A stretch of 64,000 nt of DNA from Nitrospinota bacterium (lineage in GTDB: Bacteria; Nitrospinota; Nitrospinia; Nitrospinales; VA-1), in contig DUZG01000001.1 in assembly GCA_013349585.1 (NCBI GenBank), positions 3,499 to 67,498 of the forward strand, given 5' to 3'. The position numbers and the translations under genes were made by a program. Positions 9,772 through 19,988 of this stretch are shown here, piece after piece (the first letter of the stretch is position 1; each line of letters starts with the position of its first letter). The notes under the pieces are model-generated. The model worked only from the letters and a program-made list of their open reading frames with translations, searched no databases and was not told the origin of the DNA.

Positions 9772-11304
9772 TTAAGACTTATAGTAGTCCTCAATAGCAT
9801 CGAGTAGGGATGCGACCGTATATTCATGGGGAAGGATATCGACCTTTAATCCGGCCTCTTCTGCGGTTTTTGCAGTGACGGGGCCAATGCAGGCGATGCG
9901 GATTTTTTTAATTTTCGGCAAGAGTGCTTTTCCGGTTAAGGTGAGAAAATTTTTGACGGTGGATGAGGAGGTGAATGTCAGTACATCGATATTCTCCGAT
10001 TGCAGTCTTTTTGCTAGGGCATCGGATTTGATTCTCGGTAAAACGGTTTGGTATGTGGGAGCGACATCTACCATTGCTCCCATTTCTCGAAGTTTTTCAG
10101 GGAGAATTTCGCGGGCAACGGTAGCGCGGGGAATGAGGAAACGTTTTCCATCAATATTTTCTTTGCCAATGCTTTCTATCAGAGACTCGGCGATAAAGTC
10201 ATCTGGAACAACGTCTACGCAAATTCCTAGATCACGAACCGCTTCGGCTGTCTTTGGTCCAATGGTAAAAATTCGCACGTCTTTTAAATTGCGGATGTCT
10301 TGCTGGGTTTCTTTGAGCCGTTGTACAAAAAAACGTACTCCGTTAACGCTGGTAAAAATGAGGCCATCGTAACGAGAAAGGTTATTCAATGCGTCATCAA
10401 GCGGTGCCCAGTCATCAGGTGCAGTCGTCTCGATAACCGGGAAGAAAAAAGGTTCTGCGCCTAATTCCCGCAACCGTTCGATCATGCTTTCGGCCTGGTC
10501 TCCCTTACGGGTTACCACAATGGTTTTACCGAATAGGGGTAAGTGCTCATACCATTCTATTTCGGATTTGAGGTTAACCACTTCGCCGATAACGGTGAGG
10601 GCTGGGGGTAAGATTTTTTCTTTGGAAGCGGTTTCTACAATGGTCGAGAGAGTCCCCTTCCAGGTTTTCTGGCGCGCGGTTGTTCCCCATTGAATAACGG
10701 CAATGGGTGTTTCCGGGCTTTTACCAAACTTTATTAGTTTTTCTGCGATCAAAGGCAATTTGCGCGCGCCCATCAAAAATACCAGGGTACCGGATCGGGA
10801 AGCTATTTTTTCCCAGTCGATATGAATGTCACCTTGGTTCTTTTCGTTGCTTCCCGTGATAACGGATAAAGTAGATGACAGATGTCGATGAGTTAGAGGA
10901 ATGCCGGCATAGGCTGCAACCCCGGTTACCGATGTAACCCCCGGAACAACAAGAAAGGGGATTTTTAACTTGTTGACCGCTTGAATCTCTTCACCACCGC
11001 GGCCAAATATAAAAGGGTCTCCGCCTTTGAGTCGTATAACAATTTTTCCTTCTTTGGCTTTTTCAACAAGCAGATCGTTAATTTTTTCCTGTTTGAGACT
11101 GGCAACACCTTCTTTTTTACCAACGTAGATTAGTTCTGTCTCTTTTTGCGTAAAACGTAACAGGTCTTCGTTGACCAAATGGTCGAAAAGAACGACATCG
11201 GCTTTTTGTAGCCAGTGCTTTCCCTGTAAGGTCAACAGACCCGCATCCCCTGGACCAGCACCGACGAGGATTACTTTTCCCTGCTTGTTGCTTGAATTAT
11301 TCAT
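9772..11304 (-). CDS. cobA/hemD: Bifunctional uroporphyrinogen-III C-methyltransferase / uroporphyrinogen-III synthase
   Basis: The N-terminal half carries VILVGAGPGDAGLLTLQG, RLKGGDPFIFGRGGEE and VVPGVTS (SUMT). The C-terminal half is HemD-like (GKTIVVTR...FTS.NGV...IGPKTA repeated). The start is set at M29 (ATG 11304), overlapping the rsmA stop by 8 nt. Confidence 0.85.
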   Translation of the reverse strand: MNNSSNKQGKVILVGAGPGDAGLLTLQGKHWLQKADVVLFDHLVNEDLLRFTQKETELIYVGKKEGVASLKQEKINDLLVEKAKEGKIVIRLKGGDPFIFGRGGEEIQAVNKLKIPFLVVPGVTSVTGVAAYAGIPLTHRHLSSTLSVITGSNEKNQGDIHIDWEKIASRSGTLVFLMGARKLPLIAEKLIKFGKSPETPIAVIQWGTTARQKTWKGTLSTIVETASKEKILPPALTVIGEVVNLKSEIEWYEHLPLFGKTIVVTRKGDQAESMIERLRELGAEPFFFPVIETTAPDDWAPLDDALNNLSRYDGLIFTSVNGVRFFVQRLKETQQDIRNLKDVRIFTIGPKTAEAVRDLGICVDVVPDDFIAESLIESIGKENIDGKRFLIPRATVAREILPEKLREMGAMVDVAPTYQTVLPRIKSDALAKRLQSENIDVLTFTSSSTVKNFLTLTGKALLPKIKKIRIACIGPVTAKTAEEAGLKVDILPHEYTVASLLDAIEDYYKS

Positions 11305-12076
11305 TTTTGGGGTGGAGATAATTGGCCATATTTGCAAAGTCGGACATGGACAGAGTTTCGCCTCGTCTGGAAAGGTCGATGCCAGCAAGTCGGGTTTGAC
11401 CTTGTTCGAATTTATCTTCCCATGGTTTTAGATTGTTTTTAAGCATTTTTCGTTTGTGCAAAAAAGCCGCGTTGACTAGTTTAAAAAAAAGTTGTGGGTC
11501 TTCAACTTGCACGCTGGGCTGCGGCAGTGGTTTCAGCGAGAACAGCGAAGAATCTATTTTTGGACGCGGTGAAAAAGCAGTGTTGGGAATTTCCAACAAG
11601 CGTTCTACTTTGCAGTGGTATTGCACATAAACCGATAGGGAACTGTATTCTTTGTTGCACGGTTCCGCTGTTAGTCGATCGACGACTTCTTTCTGCATCA
11701 TCAGAGTCATAGACTGAATTCGGCTGCCAAAATGAATTAGTTTTTTCATTATATGGGTGGCAGCATAGTAAGGAAGGTTGGATACGACTTTGAAGCCGGA
11801 CTCGAGAGATGCATAGTCGAATTTTGCGGCATCCTTTTCTATTATTTTTAATGAAGGGCTATCAGAAAAGCGATTTTCCAATTCCCGGCACAGTTTAGGG
11901 TCGAGCTCAATAGCAGTCAGGGAACGGGCTATAGGGAGGAGCCGTTGCGTGAGAACGCCCTTTCCGGGTCCGATTTCGACAACGTGATCATTGGGTTGGA
12001 TATTTGCTAACGTGATAATATTGTGCGCAATTTCAGAATCGACAAGAAAGTTTTGCCCGAGAGGCCTTTTTCTCAT
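11297..12076 (-). CDS. rsmA: 16S rRNA (adenine1518/1519-N6)-dimethyltransferase
   Basis: Motifs: LGQNFLVD, VVEIGPGKGVLT, VVSNLPYY. It has a 4-nt overlap with pdxA upstream. Confidence 0.9.
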   Translation of the reverse strand: MRKRPLGQNFLVDSEIAHNIITLANIQPNDHVVEIGPGKGVLTQRLLPIARSLTAIELDPKLCRELENRFSDSPSLKIIEKDAAKFDYASLESGFKVVSNLPYYAATHIMKKLIHFGSRIQSMTLMMQKEVVDRLTAEPCNKEYSSLSVYVQYHCKVERLLEIPNTAFSPRPKIDSSLFSLKPLPQPSVQVEDPQLFFKLVNAAFLHKRKMLKNNLKPWEDKFEQGQTRLAGIDLSRRGETLSMSDFANMANYLHPKNE

Positions 12077-13065
12077 TGCATGGAAAGGGTGGATTGCGAC
12101 AACCGAGTCGCAGTTCTTAATGCTAGCTTAAGGTTTTCTGCAGAGGCTTTATTGCGACCCACAATATCGTAGGCAGTGCCATGATCCACAGAGGTTCGCA
12201 AAATGGGCAGGCCCATAGTTATATTGACGCCCATGCCGTTCATTTTCACGGGGATCATACCCTGATCGTGGTACATGCAGATGACCGCATCGTACTTTTC
12301 GGATGCCGTTCTTTGAAACAAGGAGTCTGCTGGATAGGGGCCGCTTGCCTGAATGCCTTCCTGCTGGGCAATTTTTATTGCGGGAAGGATGAACTCTATT
12401 TCTTCCTGCCCAAAAATACCTCCATCACCAGAATGGGGATTAAGACCGACCACCGCAATACTGGGAATATCTGTAACATGTTTCTGTAACCAGTCATTTG
12501 TTTGTCGGATGCTTTGCAAAACTTTTTCTTCAGTAATTTGCGACTTGACCTGATCCAAAGGAAGATGAGTTGTTACTAATACCACTCGCAGTAAATTACC
12601 TTCCATCATAAGACTGGGATTTTTAGAGTCTGTCAAGTGGCCTAAAAGTTCAGTGTGTCCCGGGAAAGTATGACCCGCCAAATGTAAACTTTGCTTATTA
12701 ATGGGAGCTGTGGTGATGGCGGCGACCTCATTTTTGAGAGCGAGCTCAACGGCTTTTTGGATGGCTTCATAACTGGCCTTACCGCCCTCTGCAGAGGGTT
12801 TTCCCAGGGGGAGTGCCTCGGGTACATTGTTAAGATCAATGACATCTATGGTGCTGGTCTGGTACCAAGCTTCTTTAGGTGAGGTGACCGAATGGATGAG
12901 AATTTCTGGTGCAATTTGCTTTGCTGTTTTTTTAAGTAACTCGGCATCGCCAATTACTAAAACCCGAGTATCGATCGATAATTGTTCGTCCTGAAACGCT
13001 TTGACAATTATTTCAGGGCCGATACCCGCAGGGTCGCCGAGAGTTAATGCGATGATGGCTTCCAT
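12073..13065 (-). CDS. pdxA: 4-hydroxythreonine-4-phosphate dehydrogenase
   Basis: Motifs: LGDPAGIGPEI, FPGHTELL, GLNPHSGDGG, MYHDQG, SVDHGTAYDI. Confidence 0.9.
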   Translation of the reverse strand: MEAIIALTLGDPAGIGPEIIVKAFQDEQLSIDTRVLVIGDAELLKKTAKQIAPEILIHSVTSPKEAWYQTSTIDVIDLNNVPEALPLGKPSAEGGKASYEAIQKAVELALKNEVAAITTAPINKQSLHLAGHTFPGHTELLGHLTDSKNPSLMMEGNLLRVVLVTTHLPLDQVKSQITEEKVLQSIRQTNDWLQKHVTDIPSIAVVGLNPHSGDGGIFGQEEIEFILPAIKIAQQEGIQASGPYPADSLFQRTASEKYDAVICMYHDQGMIPVKMNGMGVNITMGLPILRTSVDHGTAYDIVGRNKASAENLKLALRTATRLSQSTLSMQ

Positions 13066-13141
13066 TTATTATTCTTTTAGGTGTAAGTAAGTGTGGGGGA
13101 AACAGTTGCAAAAAAAAACTAACCGCATTTGATGCAATAAA

Positions 13142-13174
13142 TTTACCCGCTCTTGGATTGCAAGAGCGGGTAAA
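13142..13174 (-). terminator. Rho-independent terminator of pckA
   Basis: Perfect 13-bp stem (TTTACCCGCTCTT / AAGAGCGGGTAAA) with a 7-nt loop. On the minus strand it is followed by TTTATTGC, 27 nt past the pckA stop. Confidence 0.65.
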
Positions 13175-13200
13175 GGGTTGAAACCATTTTTCTGAGATTG

Positions 13201-14856
13201 CTATTTTCTAAGCTCGTGAATTTTTCCGGCAGACTTTCCCTTGCCTGCAACAGGCTTTGGGCTTGCATCGAGAATTTTCTTATCCACGTTATCCTCATAT
13301 TCTTTAAAGTTTTCAATAAACTGGTTAGCCAGTTCATTGGCTTTCTCGTCATACGCTTCCGGATTTTTCCAGGTATTTCTGGGAAACAGGTATTCTTTAG
13401 GTACATCTTTAACAACCAGAGGGATTTGTATCCCGAACACCGGATCGGTTTCGGTTTCAACATTGTCCAGTTGACCTTCGAGAATAGCCTTGATCATAGC
13501 GCGGGTGTATTTAATTTCGATTCTTTTCCCTACCCCGTATGCTCCTCCCGTCCAACCTGTGTTGACGAGCCAGCAGGAGACTTTATGCTTGTCAATTCTT
13601 TCACCAAGCATATCGGCATAAACAGAAGGATGCAATGACATGAAGGGAGCGCCAAAACAGGTACTAAAAATAGCCGTAGGTTCGCGGCTCATGCCCTTTT
13701 CGGTGCCCGCAACCTTTGCGGTGTAACCAGAAATGAAATGGTACATGGCTTGTTCGGGTGTCAGCTTTGAAACCGGAGGCATGACACCATAAGCATCGCA
13801 GGTGAGCATGATTACATTATTAGGATGACCACCCATACCTTCGAGTACCGCGTTGTTAATGTGTGTGATGGGGTAGCTGGCACGCGTGTTTTCAGTCAGG
13901 CTGGCATCGTCCAAATCCAGTCGCCGTGCATCTTTGCTCAGAACCACGTTTTCAAGCAAGGTACCGAATTTACGTGTGCATTCAAAAATTTCCGGCTCAG
14001 ATTTTTGAGAGAGGCGGATTACTTTGGCATAACAACCGCCTTCAAAATTAAAAACACCGCGATCGCTCCACCCGTGCTCATCGTCTCCTATCAGTTTCCT
14101 TTTTGGGTCGGCGGACAAAGTGGTTTTGCCAGTTCCGGAAAGACCAAAAAATATCGCAGAATCGCCTTTATCGCCAATATTTGCTGAGCAATGCATGGAT
14201 AAAACGGACTGCTTCTGTGGCAACAGGTAATTTAAAATGGAGAAAACGGATTTCTTGATTTCACCCGCGTAGCTGGTGCCTCCGATAAGAACCAACTGCC
14301 TGCCAAAGTCAACAATGACAAATACCTCTGAATTGGTTCCATCGATAGCTGGCACAGCTTTGAAGTCTGGCACGTGCATGATGGTGAATGCGGGGTCGTG
14401 GTTTTCCAGCTTTGCCATATCGCGTATCTGGATAAACATATTTCGCGCAAAAAGACTGTGCCATGCATGTTCGGTTATAACCCGGATATGGGTCTGGTGT
14501 TTGGGGTCGCAACCAGCGCAACAATCCTGAACATAGACTTCCTTACCTTGCAAATAGGCAAGAATGCGAGAATAGAGGGCTTCAAATTGTTCTACGGAAA
14601 AGGGGCGGTTTACTTTCCCCCACCAGATATTTTCCTGGCTGGAAGGCTCCTTTACGATAAACTTGTCGTTAGGTGCTCTACCCGTATGCTCACCTGTGGT
14701 TACGCAAACAGGGCCAAGATGCGACAATTCGCCTTCTTTATTGGCTATGATGTGTTCGTAAAGTTGTGGAGTGGATAAATTCCAGTTGATTTTTTTTAAG
14801 TTTTTGAGGCCGTGAGTTTCCAAACCTACTTTATGCTTTAAAACGTTTTGCGGCAT
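13201..14856 (-). CDS. pckA: Phosphoenolpyruvate carboxykinase (ATP)
   Basis: Motifs: GLSGTGKTTLS (kinase-1a), GDDEHGW, FNFEGGCYAK, NTGWTGG. I prefer ATG 14856, preceded by AAGGAA, over the TTG at 14862. Confidence 0.9.
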   Translation of the reverse strand: MPQNVLKHKVGLETHGLKNLKKINWNLSTPQLYEHIIANKEGELSHLGPVCVTTGEHTGRAPNDKFIVKEPSSQENIWWGKVNRPFSVEQFEALYSRILAYLQGKEVYVQDCCAGCDPKHQTHIRVITEHAWHSLFARNMFIQIRDMAKLENHDPAFTIMHVPDFKAVPAIDGTNSEVFVIVDFGRQLVLIGGTSYAGEIKKSVFSILNYLLPQKQSVLSMHCSANIGDKGDSAIFFGLSGTGKTTLSADPKRKLIGDDEHGWSDRGVFNFEGGCYAKVIRLSQKSEPEIFECTRKFGTLLENVVLSKDARRLDLDDASLTENTRASYPITHINNAVLEGMGGHPNNVIMLTCDAYGVMPPVSKLTPEQAMYHFISGYTAKVAGTEKGMSREPTAIFSTCFGAPFMSLHPSVYADMLGERIDKHKVSCWLVNTGWTGGAYGVGKRIEIKYTRAMIKAILEGQLDNVETETDPVFGIQIPLVVKDVPKEYLFPRNTWKNPEAYDEKANELANQFIENFKEYEDNVDKKILDASPKPVAGKGKSAGKIHELRK

Positions 14857-15037
14857 GGACAAAATTCCTTTATGATGAGTCGGTGAGCGACCGTAAACCC
14901 TTGTTGGGGAACAGTTTCCCCTATTCTCGGAGCCTACTAATAAACCATAATTTATTTTAGCATATAAAATAAAAATGAAAATAGGTTTTTGGGGCTAAAA
15001 CTCTAATTCTTATCGGTTAAAAACAGGAACCCTTAAA

Positions 15038-15955
15038 ATGTTCAATTTTCTGAAAAAAAAGGCAAAAGAGCCGGTAATTAAGGTGTTGGCCCGAGAAAGT
15101 ACCCAGTATAACGACATTTATGTCATTCAAAATGAAGATTACCGGGAGCTTTGGTTTAAGGGCAATGGCGACTATTTTCTGCAAAGTCGAGTGAATATCG
15201 AGCAGCAAAAACAATTGGCATTGGTTTATTCCAATATGATGATGGCATCTTTGCTTTTCTGTCCCAAGCCACAAAGATTATTAATGGTCGGATTAGGGGG
15301 GGCAGCGGTTACTAATTTTCTCAGCCAACAGTTCCCGAATTTGCACATTGATGTTGTGGAAATTGACCCCAAAGTAATTGAGGTTTCTAAAAAGTATTTT
15401 TATCTGCGTGAATCTAATCGTTATCGGGTTTTTGAAGAAGACGGCAGAGTGTTTATTCAGAAACGAAAAGGGCAGGAACCGTATGACTGGATTATTCTCG
15501 ATGCATTCAAAAGCGGGTCTATTCCATATCATTTAAAGACCTATGAGTTTTATAAAGAGATCCGCGCTATTTTAAAACCCGATGGAATCGTGGGCTCGAA
15601 CTTATACGGCAAGGGAAATTCTTTAAAACCTCGAGATACAAAAACCTTCATGTCGGTTTTTCCAAATATTTATTGTTTTGAGGATGACGAACGCGTTGCA
15701 ACCGTATTAATCGCCAATGGTGGGGAGCGTTGGTCTGAAAAAAAAATAAACGAAAGGGCAGCAATTTCTAATAAAATGCCCGAACCGTTTTCGATGCAGG
15801 AGGTTGCGAAAACCTATCGACCAGGAAAGTTTTTCAAAGAATCTGTAGCGAGGTTTGACGACCACTTTTCAGAGAAGGGTTTTATGCATGACGTGGGGAA
15901 AGAGAACCGATCAAGTGTTAAGCCCAGACGGTATCCGATAAAAAATATTCACTGA
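15038..15955 (+). CDS. Spermidine-synthase-fold (aminopropyltransferase-like) methyltransferase-family protein
   Basis: Motifs: LLMVGLGGAAVTNFL, VVEIDPKVIEVSKKYF, DGRVFI, DWIILDAF ... PYHLKTYEFY ... LKPDGI. Confidence 0.65.
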   Translation: MFNFLKKKAKEPVIKVLARESTQYNDIYVIQNEDYRELWFKGNGDYFLQSRVNIEQQKQLALVYSNMMMASLLFCPKPQRLLMVGLGGAAVTNFLSQQFPNLHIDVVEIDPKVIEVSKKYFYLRESNRYRVFEEDGRVFIQKRKGQEPYDWIILDAFKSGSIPYHLKTYEFYKEIRAILKPDGIVGSNLYGKGNSLKPRDTKTFMSVFPNIYCFEDDERVATVLIANGGERWSEKKINERAAISNKMPEPFSMQEVAKTYRPGKFFKESVARFDDHFSEKGFMHDVGKENRSSVKPRRYPIKNIH

Positions 15956-15973
15956 AAAACGAGAGTGTGGTTT

Positions 15974-18900
15974 TTAAGAGGGAAGATTGAAAACTTGTAT
16001 TTTTCTGCCATCAAAGTTTGATACAGCCAACCGACCGTTGTGAATAGAAAGCCCCGCTGTTTTGCCAAGTCCTCCGGTTCTGTTTCCTTGCTTACGATAG
16101 GTATCAACAACTTCGAGGTCGTTGTTCAAATGGATGATCTGGTTGTTCCAAAAATCGGAACCAAATATTCCATGTTCAGGGTCGCAGGCAAGAAAATAAA
16201 TATCATCGAAACCCAGGCCTTCTTGTTGTACCTGGTTAATCAATTTTCCATCGGCATCGAAACGTTTCAATAAGAATTCTGAGCGATCACCTACAATGAT
16301 TCCCCCATCTTCTAGGCAAAAGACTCCGCAGGGTGCCTTCAGGTTTTCTGATTGCTCGACAGAGAGGGGAGTTGCTTTCCCATTCGAGTCGAAGATTGCG
16401 ATACGGTTGTTGTCGGGATCGGCGATATGAATTTTGTCTTGAGAGTCTATTGAAAGCGAAAAGACATGACCAAGAACACCCTCCTCGAATTGAAGGATGA
16501 AGTTTCCTTTCACATCAAATTTTTTAACCACTCCATTTCCTTCGTCAATGACATAAATATTGTCGTGACTATCGGTAGCTATGTTGATCGGATATTTGAA
16601 AGCCCCTGGATTGTTTCCCCATGTCCCAAAATGAAATCTGTATTTTCCCTCGGATGAATAGCAATGAATGCGATGGTTTTCATAGTCGGCTACCAAAAGG
16701 TCTCCTTTGCTATTATGGACAAGGCCTTGAGGGTTTAAAGGCAATCCAATTTCTGAGCCAACTTTACTAATAGAAAAAATTTGCTTTAACTGCGTCTCTG
16801 GCGCAGATGCATTTGCTTCTGTAAAATTTAGAATCAGATTGAGCAAATTTTTTGATCGCATGCTTCTCTTAAGTTTCAGCTCTAATCGATTTATATTTGC
16901 CTGGAGTTGGGTAATATTAGCATCCACTTTTATGGATGCATCGATGTCGGATATATCGTGAGCGGATTCAAACTGTTTTTGCTGCAACCTCAAAGCGGCC
17001 ATTTCAAAAAAATTTGATTTTCTCTCGCGGGAAATTTCTAAGGTGTCGTTGTCTAGTTTTTTTGTGTAGATTGCAAGTTCATCGAACAATTGCGCATTAT
17101 CTTGAGGTTGATTTAAAACCTGAGCTAATGCTGCCCCTGCAATAAGTCGATGCAGGTTGAGATTTTCGTTGATATCGAGCCCTTTAATCATCCTACGTAT
17201 CAGATTCAACTGGAATTCAAAAACGGCGATATTGTTGTTTATGCCAATGGGGGTTGTTTTGTCTTCTGTTCCTACCTGTCTTTGTTGTACGTCCAAATCT
17301 CTTCTTTGTCGCTCCATATCATCCAACTGATCCAATAACTCCACGGATTTTTCTTCGAAAACAGATTGTGTTTTCAGGGCGGCGAGACATTGTGCGACCA
17401 GTTCGCTTTTCTGGTTTGCAAGGGAAGCTGAATTATATTTATTCGGGCCCCATAGCAATATCCCGTTTTCAAATCTAATTTCAGCGGATTGTGACTGCAG
17501 GACTTTGGCTGTTTGTTCTATATCCAGATTTTCGGAATCAAAAGCGACTGGTGCAAAATTGTCGATACTGGGTTCTGTAACAGAACTGTTTTTATTTTCC
17601 CAGTGAGGCATGACTGAATCCAGAGTTTCCAGAAATTGCGGCTCTAAAAAATCTAGTGTTTGCCAATGTTCATGAAAGCGGATAATTATGCGGGTCGCGT
17701 TCTCGGAGAAAGTGGAACTTGAGGTCAGGCTGCGAAGAAGTTTTCTGGCTTTTTCATTGTCGGTTGCCTGACGAGCTAGAACTTTCAAAACTTGAAAATG
17801 GGTTCGCATTTGAAATTGCAAATGCAAGAGAAGGTCCATGATTCTGTCGCTATAATAATTCTTTATAAGAAAGGAGGGGAGTTGGTCACTTCCGACATCT
17901 CCTAAAATTTGCACCATGGACTCTTCACATTTTTCTTTTTTATCAAAGTATTCATTGATGATGTCTACCGAAAAATTCCACTGGCGATCCAGCAGGCTCG
18001 TGATAGTTTCCATCTGTGTTTCATTGATTTCACTTTCAATCAGGTAGTAAATGAAACTGTAAAATTGTTGTGTCATTTTTCGAAAGGAATAAAAAGTGTT
18101 GCGGGTCTGTCGAAAGTATTCCCTGTCTTCCTGCTCGTATTTGTAAAGGTCCTTGTTGAATTCGCGAAGTCCTTGCGGGTCACTTTGGATCAATTTTTGT
18201 TCCTGCATCTGAAGCTCATTGAGTTTTTGCGCGGCCTCTTGCCAGAGCTGAAAAGCGGTTGTCATGCTTTTTCTTGATTCATTGAGTTGGTTTTCGATCA
18301 ATGGAATAGCGAGATCAATACTTGATCCTGTAATTTTTTTTCCTTCAAAAGCCAGCCGGCCAAGTTGAAGAGGCGCCTCTGAATTTTTGCCTGTAGGGTT
18401 TTTGCTGAGCAGGTCTAATGTTTGCTCCAGAGTTGCTAACGATTTGGGGTCGTTTTCATTTTTTGCCTGTACGAGAGAATAATAATAAATGTGTTCTGGG
18501 TTCAGGGGTTCGCTCGTTGCTAACTTTTCTGCCAGAGTATTTTCTGTGCCTGTCGGAATTTGATACTTCAGTATTTTGGTGTCAAATGTTGAACCGATAA
18601 ATAAATTCCCTGCAGAGTCTACCCGTGTCAGGCAGGGCGCTTCCAGCGGTGTTTCTTCGTGTTCGATCGCGTTCAGATATTGACCGAAGGCAGTGAATAT
18701 CTGGATCCGGTTGTTGTTCAGGTCAGCGATATAAAGTAAATCATTGGCGGCGATCGCAACACAAAGTGGGTATTGAAATTGTCCCGGCTCATCCCCTTGT
18801 TCCCCAAAAGTTAATATTTCTTGCCATTTTTTATCAAATTTTCGAATACGATGATTGCCGCTGTCTGTAACGAAATAATTTTCATGACTGTCGGTGGCGA

Positions 18901-19453
18901 TGGAGGTGGGAAACTCGAATAGTGGTGGCGCCAATAGATTAAAAGGAGTTTCATAATTACTCGCCAGTTCCTCTTCCAGAACTGTCCCTCTTTGCCCGAC
19001 CCACCCCAGTGATTTACCATGACCATCGAAGAATTGAATTCGGTGATTGTATCTTTCTACAACAATCAGAGTTCCCGATGAGTCGATGAGGATGTCGTAG
19101 GGCTCGTTCAACTCGCCTTTACCATCACCACATGAGCCAAAAGATAGAAGCGGTTTGCCCTGTGAGTCGAATTTTTGTATTCGGTGATTCCAACTGTCGG
19201 CGACAAAAATATTTCCCTCTTTATCTACTGCGATGCCTTTTGGGTATTGAAGCTGGCCTTGTTCTTTGCCTTTTTCGCCAAAGCTGGTTATTAGCTTGAA
19301 TTGCGGATCGTAAATCTGAATTCGGTGATTGAAATCGTCTGCTAATAGAATATTACCATCATGAGTGAAGCATAATCCTGATGGCGGAGACAATTCTTCG
19401 TCTTCTTTAGTTCTGAAGGAAGCATCGAATGTTACGGGAAAAAGGGAAGTCAT
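15974..19453 (-). CDS. Large protein with two NHL-repeat beta-propellers separated by a ~580-aa helical region; no signal peptide
   Basis: The N-terminal blades carry NHRIQIYD, NHRIQKFD, NHRIQFFD, NHRIRKFD and NNRIQIFT. The C-terminal blades carry NHRIHCYS, NGVVKKFD, NNRIAIFD, LLKRFD, NNQIIHLN and GRKIQVFN. The middle is Q/E/L-rich with no family motif I recognise. The start is set at M15 (ATG 19453). Confidence 0.8.
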   Translation of the reverse strand: MTSLFPVTFDASFRTKEDEELSPPSGLCFTHDGNILLADDFNHRIQIYDPQFKLITSFGEKGKEQGQLQYPKGIAVDKEGNIFVADSWNHRIQKFDSQGKPLLSFGSCGDGKGELNEPYDILIDSSGTLIVVERYNHRIQFFDGHGKSLGWVGQRGTVLEEELASNYETPFNLLAPPLFEFPTSIATDSHENYFVTDSGNHRIRKFDKKWQEILTFGEQGDEPGQFQYPLCVAIAANDLLYIADLNNNRIQIFTAFGQYLNAIEHEETPLEAPCLTRVDSAGNLFIGSTFDTKILKYQIPTGTENTLAEKLATSEPLNPEHIYYYSLVQAKNENDPKSLATLEQTLDLLSKNPTGKNSEAPLQLGRLAFEGKKITGSSIDLAIPLIENQLNESRKSMTTAFQLWQEAAQKLNELQMQEQKLIQSDPQGLREFNKDLYKYEQEDREYFRQTRNTFYSFRKMTQQFYSFIYYLIESEINETQMETITSLLDRQWNFSVDIINEYFDKKEKCEESMVQILGDVGSDQLPSFLIKNYYSDRIMDLLLHLQFQMRTHFQVLKVLARQATDNEKARKLLRSLTSSSTFSENATRIIIRFHEHWQTLDFLEPQFLETLDSVMPHWENKNSSVTEPSIDNFAPVAFDSENLDIEQTAKVLQSQSAEIRFENGILLWGPNKYNSASLANQKSELVAQCLAALKTQSVFEEKSVELLDQLDDMERQRRDLDVQQRQVGTEDKTTPIGINNNIAVFEFQLNLIRRMIKGLDINENLNLHRLIAGAALAQVLNQPQDNAQLFDELAIYTKKLDNDTLEISRERKSNFFEMAALRLQQKQFESAHDISDIDASIKVDANITQLQANINRLELKLKRSMRSKNLLNLILNFTEANASAPETQLKQIFSISKVGSEIGLPLNPQGLVHNSKGDLLVADYENHRIHCYSSEGKYRFHFGTWGNNPGAFKYPINIATDSHDNIYVIDEGNGVVKKFDVKGNFILQFEEGVLGHVFSLSIDSQDKIHIADPDNNRIAIFDSNGKATPLSVEQSENLKAPCGVFCLEDGGIIVGDRSEFLLKRFDADGKLINQVQQEGLGFDDIYFLACDPEHGIFGSDFWNNQIIHLNNDLEVVDTYRKQGNRTGGLGKTAGLSIHNGRLAVSNFDGRKIQVFNLPS

Positions 19454-19577
19454 AGTTGCCTTTAGATGATACGGGGGGTAGTTGATTAAGAGCACTCAGC
19501 CTGACCAGTCAGGCCGCATTTAATCACAAAAACAAGGACATTACAAATGACCTGTCGGTGGTACTGATTGCAGAGAA

Positions 19578-19925
19578 TTATTTGGGTTTCTGCGCCACAC
19601 CAGTATTATTTTCGTTATATTTAATTGTCCATTCATTGGAAGAGTCTATCTCTTTCTGCCAGATTTTTCATGTGTTCTGGCTCATCATACATTCGGCACC
19701 TTGAATCAGGTTCCAATGATCGAAACAATAGAGATGTCCCTTCTCCGAATTATTAACGGCGTTTCCTAAAATGATATAACTTTTTCCATGCCAGGAGCCG
19801 ACTTCAATAATCGTCCTTGGATTCTCCAGAAGTTAAATCATAGAGAAGTCGCGCATGTTCTTCAGGCGTATAGGGAGATGCAATATGCTGCGCCTGGTTC
19901 CAGATAGCGTTAAATATTATGTCGG
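19578..19925 (-). pseudogene. Relic of a class I SAM-dependent methyltransferase (Methyltransf_24-like), frameshifted and lacking a start
   Basis: The minus strand reads ...PYTPEEHARLLYDL in one frame. It then shifts to LLENPRTIIEVGSWHGKSYIILGNAVNNSEKGHLYCFDHW in another, and a further in-frame stop follows. No ORF of 60 aa or more is called here. Confidence 0.5.
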
Positions 19926-19988
19926 ACCTTTTTTTTCCTGAGTAGGGGGGAGCTCAGGGTTTCTTTGTGGCTCGGGGAACTGTTTTTC

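Noticed and set aside
13825-14778. Long antisense ORFs inside pckA (120, 84 and 134 aa), and similar ones inside cobA/hemD (9875-10372), moeA (51439-51807), mobBA (52929-53318) and the NHL gene.
   Set aside because: They overlap strongly supported genes on the opposite strand. Their composition is low-complexity or Cys/Arg-rich, and they show no family motifs. They are typical shadow ORFs.
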